Assembly (NCBI GenBank): GCA_964035545.1
Contig: OZ037769.1
Location: 14,476,633 to 14,540,632, forward strand
DNA: 64,000 bases
Reading direction: 5' to 3'
DNA from: Bugula neritina
Taxonomy: Eukaryota > Animalia > Bryozoa
Positions 55,001 through 64,000 of this stretch are shown here, piece after piece. The position numbers and the translations under genes are program-made. The stretch's first letter is position 1, and each line of letters begins with the position of its first letter. The notes beneath the pieces were generated by a model. It did not search any database. It saw only the letters and a program-made list of their open reading frames with translations, and was not told the origin of the DNA.

Positions 55001-57260
55001 CGTTGGCAGCCGGCACCAATCGCAGTGAACGAGAGAGGGTAGTCTGCCTGTCCGCTCTGAGGCGGGAGTTGATCTGGGACACCCATAGGCAAGCTCACGC
55101 GGGAGCTAGTCGGGTGACTAGGTGTCTTCAACTTCAGTGGTTTTGGCCCGGCATGACCCGGGATGTCCGACTCCGGGTGCGGAAGTGCGAGGTGTGCCAA
55201 GCTAGCAAGCATGGCCGCCCCACTGAGACCGCAGGGAGGCGTCGCCTCTATGCTGGTCGTCCGTGGCAGGTAGTTGCTGTCGATCTGGTAGGCCCCATGC
55301 CCACAACAGCGAGAGGTAATAACTGGATACTGGTATTAACTGACCATTTCACGAGGTGGGCTGATGCACTGGCTATTCCAGATGCGTCGGCCCCCTTGGT
55401 GGCCAGAGCCTTGGATCAGCAGGTGTTCTGCTATTTCGGCTTGCCGGAGCAGATACACTCTGATCAAGGCGCCCAGTTTCAGTCGCAACTTATGAGCGAT
55501 CTCTGTAAAATGTGGGGGGTAAACCAGAGTCGGACGACCCCGTATCACCCGCAAGGGAACGGGGTTGTGGAGCGGAACAACCGAATGCTAGGGGACTCTC
55601 TGAGAAGCCTGCTTATCGGTAGGAGCCAGGAAGAGTGGGACTTGGTGCTGCCGCAGATCATGCGAGCGTACCGTAGTACCCCTCACTCCAGTACACTGGA
55701 GACCCCTAATTTTCTCATGCTGGGGAGAGAAACCAGGGTTCCTGAGCACGTAACCTATCATGTTCCAGCTCACGAGAGCAACGTCCACGATTACGTGGAC
55801 AAGCTCGTAAAACGCATGGGGACGCACAGGATAGTTAAGGGCAACCTTTTAGCTGCAACTGCCTTGCTGAGGTTTGCATTGTAATCATATAAGAATTCAG
55901 TACCAGTAAAATAAAATCTTACCTAATTGTGCTAGAGTCAAAATTTAAAAACTATGTTGTAGATCTTGTGTTTCCCCAGTGCAACTTTTTGGAAATTTCA
56001 ATTTCCATTTTTTTTGCGAAGTTATAGACAAAAACTGCCCAGTTTTGGCCAAATTTGCCAGAAAAGCTGACTTTTCAGTACCAGTAAAATATCTCAGCAG
56101 CAAAAGATGATATCTGAATAAAAATTGCACTGCTGGAATCCTGAGATATTTTTCCAGTGCAAATTTTTTTCATTTTCCAATAACTCTGCTAGATTGCCCA
56201 TAAATTGGTGATTTATACACTGAAAATGCCATATTTTTTCATAAGAAACTAGCAGCGCGCAGTGCTTCACGCTTCAATGAGCACGTAAGGATGAGAAGAT
56301 ATTGGCGTGTACATGCTAATTATAGGCTTGCTAGCTGGCAGGCTATTATGAATAGCTCGCTTTGTACTTTGTTTATGTTGCACCCATAATGGAATGTTGA
56401 TAGATTACGCAGCCCTAACGAAGGTTGCTGCTTATTGGTTGTAATTTAATCTTAGGCTAAACAATTACAAGTAGGCAACACGCATGCCACCCGCAGAGCA
56501 ATATTATTCAAGAACCTGAACTACATTTTGAGAGAAATTTATGATATTCTTAGTGAGGATGCCCTTAACTATCCTGTGCGGCTCACGAAGTGCTATGTGA
56601 GCAGCAGTGGCAGGTCAGAAGTGGTGACTCTGACGACCCCCCCTTATATAAGGTGGGAGACTAGGTCTGGATGACCAGTCATCGCCGACGGCGCTTACAG
56701 GCAGCCAAGTTGCAGCCGAAGTTTGTAGGTCCCTACTGCTTAATTGAGGTAATGCCAAATCACACCTATAAAGTGGAACGGTCTTGACAAGTGTCGATCC
56801 AGAACGAAGCACGGCTGAAACCTCACTGGGCGAGTCCTGATGCGGCAGGTCAAGCACCTCCTTTCTTAGAGCCCGCTAGACGCCCTTCTATGAGGAGGCG
56901 AGGCATGGCGTATAGAGAGATTGAAGAGATACTGCCAGATCAGGACGGGGCGGCTGACGCGCCGCCCGACCAGCCCCAGCCACCTCCACCTCAGGAGGAG
57001 GAGGCTGACACACCAGAAGACCTGTTAGAGCCGGCCCCACCACCTGTGTAGCCGGTCGACAGGCCCATCGCCCCAGATGAGATGGAAATTCCTCAAAATC
57101 GTGAGGAAGAGGCAGCTGAGGGAGGACCACCCGTACTAGTGGACCCCCGTACTGGCGACACCACCCGTGGTGGAAGAGTCACCAGTCGCAGCAAATTCCC
57201 CCGTACCGTTGGAACGTAGCCAACGTACCAGGGCGCCATCATCTTATTTGCAAGACTTCT
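52060..57260 (+). pseudogene. pol: pol of Gypsy C (protease-RT-RNase H-integrase), with stops and a MITE insertion
   Basis: LLDTGC, YLDD, LDTDAS, RPWQVVAVDLVGP, HSDQG, YHPQGNGVVER; stop at 54508-54510. Confidence 0.93.
55825..56578. mobile_element. CACAG-terminated (CACTA/EnSpm-like) MITE in integrase
   Basis: TIR CACAGGATAGTTAAGGGCA / TGCCCTTAACTATCCTGTG; 2-bp TSD CG; removal restores MGTAHEVL. Confidence 0.9.
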
Positions 57261-58828
57261 GGTGTGACTTGGTTGACATGCATACTATACTATAACTTGT
57301 CAACCAGCACAAAAGAAGTCTGGGGGTGAAGTAAAGGAAAGAGTGAAGTCAGCTCGCTAGTGAAGGAGGTATTATGTGATCACTTTCACTACGAAGAGCG
57401 TTCTTTTCTATTTCAACTGCCAACGTGCATGCACGCACTCGGCAGGCTGGCGTACTACGTGGCCTAAGTGGGCAGCAGACTAACGTCGTGGCTGTCCTAT
57501 GGTAAGTCTACTAGTATAATTCTACTATTTGAGTAGAATTCATGCTGGTAGCTTTAAATCAGTCTCGCTTATCATAACGATAAAACGTGTTTCCCAAGTC
57601 GGGCGATTTCACTGACGACTTGAGTGGGGCAGTCGACCGCATGATTTAATAGTAATCAGTGGTTAGTAGATTGCGAGACTCAGTCGAGGTGTCGTACTGA
57701 CCAGGTGAAAACCCCTTCAACAGTTTCTGGCATGCTGTTGCGGGTGAGACTGTTCAAGGTTGAGAAACTAGAAGATAGACTCTACCGTCACGCAGCCACC
57801 CCCCCCCTCCGACAGAAGAAGAGGAAGAGTACCCGTGGCCCGATTAACCGAAACACTAGCCCCGACCAGTCCCTGTTGACGGATGTAAAGAAGCTACAGT
57901 GACGTATGGCTCGTCTCTGTAAAGAACAGGAACAGGTGGCTGCTGAAGTGATTAAACTACATACGAGACGCGAGGGACGACTGGCAAAGTAACCTGACGG
58001 CCCGACTTCCCCATACCCCTCTGACTAGTAGCAACTGGTACTTATTCCTCATAGAAGTGATGTAAATAGATTGTGTGTGTGTCGGAACTCTTGTGATTAA
58101 CGAGTAGGATACTTATTCTATATTATACTGTTTTGTCATTATGTGTTATATTCTTTTTCAATTGTGTATTAATTAGGGAGTGTACCTTTCGATAGGTGAG
58201 GAGAATATAAGGGATTTTAGTTATGTTATTATCGAAAGGATAACTCGTGGCTTACTCTCTATACGCTTGGCATAATGGCTACAGGGCAGAGCATCAATTA
58301 TCATAATGGCTGGACAATTATTGCTAGCTACTAATGCACGCAGTTAAACAAAACAAGACTAGTTAAATAGAATCAACAAGCGTACACAGAATAGCCAATT
58401 AGCTCAACAGGAGGCGTAGATGATTTGCACTGGCAGTTAGTGTGCTTAGTAGCAGATGCTAGTGTTATGCTTATGGTTATGGAGTTAATTAGTATCGACA
58501 GAGACGACTCGGCGTAGACTGTTATCCGACAATATCTTACAGTCGACAGTGGCACCACTAACGCTAGCCAATCAGGACTGACATACTAATTGATAGCAGG
58601 TGGAGCTAGCTACTCGTAGTGGAAGCGCGATGAGTAGCTAGCCAGGCAGAGCAGCTTGGGACTTCATTTAGAGTAGTTGTGTATAAAGCTCACTAACTAT
58701 GTAGGCCTAATCGTTTCTATTCATGTTAGCAGTAAATAAAACTTCTTGTATCTTGTGAATAATAAACTTATCTTAGCGTAAACAACCTGGTGTAGTGGCT
58801 TTGTTTAAGTTGACCCCCACATAATATA

Positions 58829-59582
58829 CACCGGCTTTCCATGTACCGATCTCAGATCGATCTCAGGAAGATCGATCCATGGAAAGACGTCAAAGATCGA
58901 TCTCAGTCGTTCTGAGCTGGTCGGTCTGTAGAGCTCGAACTCGGATCGATCTCAAGGCAATAAGACCATGGAAAGACGAAAGATCGATCCGAGAAGTAGA
59001 GAAATGACTGCTCGCTAAAATGTTGTCTGCTAATGAAAATGATAACTTATTGTTAATTACTAAGCAAAGTACTTAATAATTAAGATAGCCATTTTTTCAA
59101 GTGGCAAAACTTTGACTTTTAGTAAAATGATTAGGAAAACTTAATTATGTGAAATTATAGACGGTAGAAGATACAAAAAGTGAGAGCATTTAAATTGAAT
59201 TTAAACGACTAGTATAACGCACTGCCATTAGTTATTTGCTGCGTAATCTTAAGCCTAATAATCCCGTAATTTTATAAATAAGCTGCACAACAGCTATAAA
59301 TTTTATATAAGCTGTCAAGCTAAAATATTAAAATCAATTCTCTTAAATTGGCCAAATTACTTCATATTAAAAGCTTTATTGTGAAGAGTTTATAGCTGAC
59401 ATTAAATTTTAGACTATGAAAATTTTGTTTTTCAACAGCAGTAGCTTTTATCACTTAGGTGGGTGAAAAAAATATACTAATAAAGTAGTCTTTACCTAAG
59501 AGGAGGCAACTCCGAGAGATCGATCTGACGCTCTCATGGAAAAATAATCGATCTGAGCACGATCGGTACATGGAAAGCCGTG
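58829..59582. mobile_element. MITE inserted in the 3' LTR of Gypsy C
   Basis: TIR CAC(C)GGCTTTCCATGTACCGATC; 3-bp TSD ATA; absent from the 5' LTR; GATCGATC subterminal repeats. Confidence 0.92.
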
Positions 59583-60811
59583 ATAGTGAATTGCGAAATT
59601 CACTACAATTCATTACGTTTTCAAAAGGCACCAAGAAGCGAGTTATATTTTACTATTAGTAAATGAGCTTCCGTGTTGGATTATTCTATATGCAGTCAGC
59701 TGGCTCAACATTCAGTAGCGCTTATGATTGACTTGCGCACAAGTTGATATTGATTGCAGTCGCGTGCACTTCAAGTCACGCTAATAATTGTTGACAATTT
59801 TAGTTTCGTTGCTTGAGCTTGGTAAATTTTTTTATGCAAGGAGTCACCTAACCTAAGCTGCAATGTTGTTAAACTAATACAAACATCATTTTTATTTTAA
59901 AATATTTTTTCTAGTAGTGAAACTAAATGCAGTTGTTACCGCGGCAGTAGCGGCAGCAGTGAGATAAAGTAAGCCAATCAGAGATGCTCTCTGATCAGCC
60001 AATCAAAAATATCCATCGAATAAATACTGGGCTAGCCGACAGCATAATATAGAAAATTCTTTCCGGCATCAATATGATTGCAACAACTTTCAGTAGAACT
60101 GTGAAGTACTTGGGCGAGTGATATTAACTATAGGCTAACTCAGAACTTTTTTCAGTAAAGGTATAAACGCAATTTTACTTAAAATCCAGGCTTGGTTTTA
60201 CACCTTGAATGAATACGATTGCCTATCTTCTCTCTACAGTGCCCAGATCAAATTTTTGGTAATCTAATTCTATACACTTTGAAATTTGACTTCCTTGTTT
60301 TTAACCTTTCAACACTTAAAAACAGGTTGTATAACTATAAAGTAGGTATTTTAAATTTTTAAGCACAATGTAGATCTTAGCTGCTATAATGCATTGAATT
60401 TTTTTTCAAATTTTTCATAAAAATAAGCATGAAGATATTCATATTTATTGGAGCATTTATAGTTTTAGTAAATGTCAGTATGAGTATATTGATATTCAAT
60501 ATTTTTTTTAAATTTCTTTTTCAACTTGAAATAAAATTTGAAATAATTTCTGCATTTCATCTGAGTTGGAAAATTCTATTTTGATATATTATTCAATTGA
60601 GTGACGAAAGCGAAAAACCAGTAACTGCTTTTTACAAAAGAAGGTGTCTTGTATCAAGCATTGCAGTTATAGATATTTTTGTTGTAAGGAAACATTTGTG
60701 TTTTAAACTTGCAGATTGTATTAGCTGGCAATGTAACATCTTTCTCTATGCAAAAGACTGGCGGTTACCCATGCACTTTTCATCTTGATTTGCATGTTTG
60801 ACTGATACAGT

Positions 60812-60860
60812 ATGAATTGGGTCTTCTTTCTTTACTTCTCAGTCATCAGTGGAGCTTCCG
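60812..60860 (+). CDS. CLCA: CLCA-like gene, first coding exon (signal peptide MNWVFFLYFSVISGAS)
   Basis: ATG after an AG acceptor, GTAAGT donor, phase 1 matches the next exon. Confidence 0.7.
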
Positions 60861-61828
60861 GTAAGTTAGTTCCTGTGATGGCTTAGTACAAACTTTAAGT
60901 AAACAATATATTATTAACTACTTCACTTATAATAGTCTATTTTTATATAGCATATATAGTACAACATATTATAGATTCTTCTCGCTAAACAATGTTGCAG
61001 CAAGTTGCTTTTTTGTTTGTTGGCATTTTAAAATAATTAAATGGTATTAATGCGTATGCTTCTGGCATATTTACCTAATTTTGAAGAGAAAAGTTAAACT
61101 AATTCATTTTATCTGCCTCAGCTGTGATAGCGTAAATTCTTTTGTTCCGTTAGTTTGATTTTACAGCTTTACTTTCCTACTCTGTAACAAAATTAGCAAG
61201 GTTATTATTATTGTACCTGTTTGATTAATTACATTATTACCTTCATATTTAATATTATGGGCCATTAGCCTTCTAATTTCTACTTATCATTTTATTCTCA
61301 ACATCAATGACACTTGATTTCTGTTTTCTATCAGTTCAATGAATATAACTTATAATTATGATGCTTTAAATCTCCATTTTTCTTATTGTCATATGCGTCA
61401 TTCAGAATGGCACCATGACTAATGCATATGTGTGTATCACCATCACAAGCTCATCAGTTGTTGTTTGACTGTACAGTGCACTGCATTCACTTGTTTGTAT
61501 TTTGACATTATTATCATATTTTATAAATAATACATTTATTCTATCATTGGAAATACTTCGCAATATTATATACCCAGCAATGTAACACTTATATAAAGTT
61601 CAGTTTTGGTATTAAAATCCTTATCGACAACTACATTATGTTGTTTATTATATACCCTAACTCTAGAATATATCTCTGTTGTTAGTACTCAATAGCAACT
61701 ACATGAAATGGTTTCTTTTTAATTTAAAAACTGGTTTCACACCCTACATATGTTGCACAAATATTATTTTACTAATACTTGTGCCAAATTAAGTCGAAAT
61801 GAATGCTTGTATGTTTGTATATATGTAG

Positions 61829-61977
61829 CTGTTCTATTTTTACCTTCTTTATCAGCCTCAAACATTGGAGGTACCAGACAAGATATCTTGCAGAATGGTG
61901 ATGGAGGCTATAGAAACATCCTCGTAGCTATTAGTAGATCTATCCCTGAAGATCTAAGTCTTTTAAATAGAATTCAG
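61829..61977 (+). CDS. CLCA: CLCA-like exon
   Basis: NGDGGYRNILVAISRSIPEDLSLLNRIQ matches the CLCA N-terminal motif; AG/GT boundaries. Confidence 0.85.
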
Positions 61978-62337
61978 GTATGTCCCCGCCAATAAATATC
62001 TACTAAAGCAAAAAGCCATGACACGCATTTACTTCTTATTTTAAACAAAAATAGTAAAAATAACTTTTATTCCACAAGCTATATTGACTTATTAGAAGCT
62101 GGTATACATTATTTGTTCATTTTAAATAGTTAAAGCTTAATTACTCAAAAGGCTGCGTAGGCATGCAATGTATATTGTAATAAATGCTATACTTGCACAA
62201 ATGATAAAACAATGCTGAAAGCTATAATTGCAAGGTCTTGGTTGCTTAATTGTTAAGCAAGTGAAACAATATTGCAAGAGTGAATCAACTTGTTTGCATG
62301 AAAGCCATCACGTTTCCATATAACTGAAAAATAATTG

Positions 62338-62411
62338 CCCCCCCCCTGGAAATCGAACCCTATAAACCTCTGGCTTGCAAGCAAGTGTGCTAACCATTAC
62401 ACCACGGGACC
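62338..62411 (-). repeat. tRNA-derived SINE head or tRNA pseudogene
   Basis: A-box TGGTGTAATGG and B-box GGTTCGAT; poor acceptor and anticodon stems. Confidence 0.65.
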
Positions 62412-62757
62412 CCTGGGTATACTTAACACTACAATAACATCTCACTTAGCAAAAACAGGAACTGCATAGAAAGTCAAGCAAAATTAAAGAAAACCAGATT
62501 TTTTAGTTATATTTGGTAATTTTTTAATTAATTAGAGCAATAAAGTATACACTATTATACCAGCTAAACTGTGAAAAATAGCTAAAAGTTACAGATATAT
62601 TGAGTGTGTAATAAATTGAGTATAATGATCCAGATATGAATTGCTTTACAAAACAATCTTGGGTTCTTGAGTTATAATTTTTTGATTGTATCCTTAAAAT
62701 AAAATTTGCAAAATTTGAGAAGTGTTTTACCTATTGACTTTTTTGACTAACTTTTAG

Positions 62758-62874
62758 AGCCACTTTGAGAGTGCGTCTGCGTTCCTGTTTGAGGCTACTG
62801 AAAAACAAGTCTATTTCTCTGACATCACAATTCTTGTACCAAACACCTGGACACTCAACAGTTCCTGGGAAGTT
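62758..62874 (+). CDS. CLCA: CLCA-like exon
   Basis: SHFESASAFLFEATEKQVYFSDITILVPNTW; 117 nt; TTTTAG acceptor and GTAAGT donor. Confidence 0.88.
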
Positions 62875-63644
62875 GTAAGTTATTATTGAGTTTCTTGATG
62901 AGTTTACAGCAGCATAAAGTATGCTGACGATCAGGTTGCTATTATACCCTCATGATTTGTTTAGTAATGAAATGCTTGCAATTCTATTACTAAGTCTAAT
63001 TAGTTTCTAGTTTTCATTAAATAGCTACATTTTACATAGTTATATAATTTATCATCAAACTTTGATCATAACTGAAGCTAAAGAGTATATAATAAAATAA
63101 GTAAATAATTTTTTTATTAGTATTATAAATGCCTTTATTTCGCATTGTAATGGTCATGCTGTGGTTTATAGTCGAAATTAAATTAGGTCACCATTTAAGC
63201 ATTTTGTAATGCACTCCTTTTTGTAGAAGCTAAAATAGCTCATTCTTGTAACTCAATATGCTAAGGGAAGTATTAAATTCTACTAATTAATTGCAACACC
63301 TTAGGCTATTGTTTTATACTATGCATGCAATTGGCAACCACAAATGTAATCACTAGTATTAAATATCTTTCTTTTGATGATGATCTGTTGAAACTGTTGA
63401 ATTTTTTCAGAACTATATGATTGTAGACCTCCAATCGCACAAGGCCTATGACTGTTTTCACAATAATATTTATTTAGGCTATAGCTTGCTGCAATTGGAT
63501 TTAATACATAAAAAGACTCAAGCCAGCTTGTATATTATTATTATTATTATTATTTAATTCATATATTGGCCTTTAAAAATCTTCATAATATATAAGAATC
63601 AATAAGCAAAAACAAACCCTTTAACAAAGTTTAATAATTGCCAG

Positions 63645-63801
63645 GCTGAAGATGAGACATTTGACAAAGCAAGGATCTTGGTTGGACCAGCAAACAAAGT
63701 TTGGGGGGATAAACCGTACACCCTACAACCTGGTCTATGTGGGGTGGAAGGAGACTATATTCATTATACACCTGAGTATCTGACCAATGGCACAGCTCAA
63801 G
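63645..63801 (+). CDS. CLCA: CLCA-like exon
   Basis: ETFDKARILV..GDKPYTLQPGLCGVEGDYIHYTPEYL; donor position less certain. Confidence 0.85.
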
Positions 63802-64000
63802 GTCCTTCTCTACTAAATCTCTGCTCTAAACTAAATTTGTTTATTTTAAAAAAAGCTTAAGTTTTCCTAAAAGTTCTTCAACTGTGTTTTGTTTGTTTCT
63901 ATACACTTGGATAGTAAAAAGTTTTATTACCTATTTTATGGGGATGTAGTTCATATTAGCACAGTTTTTACCTTTTCTTTTTAGGGAACTGAAGCTTTGT

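Larger units (their letters stand above)
50515..59607 (+). mobile_element. Ty3/Gypsy LTR retrotransposon C (full-length, mutated)
   Basis: LTRs 50515-51157 and 58206-59607 (split by a MITE), TSD ATTC, PBS 51159-51176, PPT before 58206. Confidence 0.95.

Noticed and set aside
58845-58995. CRISPR-like GATCGATC repeats
   Set aside because: Irregular subterminal repeats of a MITE in a eukaryotic genome; no repeat-spacer regularity or cas genes
62338-62411. Functional tRNA gene
   Set aside because: Acceptor and anticodon stems pair poorly; fits a SINE head or pseudogene

Overview
AT-rich animal (invertebrate-like) genomic DNA, mostly nested transposable elements and long (TA)n microsatellites. 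Host genes are a tandem family of four intronless P2X-receptor-like copies on the minus strand (one intact 470-aa ORF, one full-length copy with a single in-frame TGA, two 5'-truncated pseudogenes) and the first exons of a CLCA-family gene at the right edge. The P2X-like proteins keep the P2X ectodomain cysteine scaffold but have lost most canonical ATP-binding residues. They also carry an extra N-terminal hydrophobic helix, and the intact copy has a Cys cluster after TM2. This makes them the best candidate here for an undescribed receptor system. Mobile elements include: three related tRNA-Leu-primed Ty3/Gypsy elements with a shared -1 frameshift signal (at least one with an accessory C2H2 zinc-finger/coiled-coil ORF); a Mag-like Gypsy; a gag-only LTR element; a BEL/Pao relic; an RTE-like LINE relic; several Penelope-like elements and solo cassettes with hammerhead ribozymes in (TA)n tracts; and hAT, piggyBac-like, Harbinger-like, CACTA-like and long-TIR non-autonomous DNA elements. 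All calls were made by eye and no database search was run.
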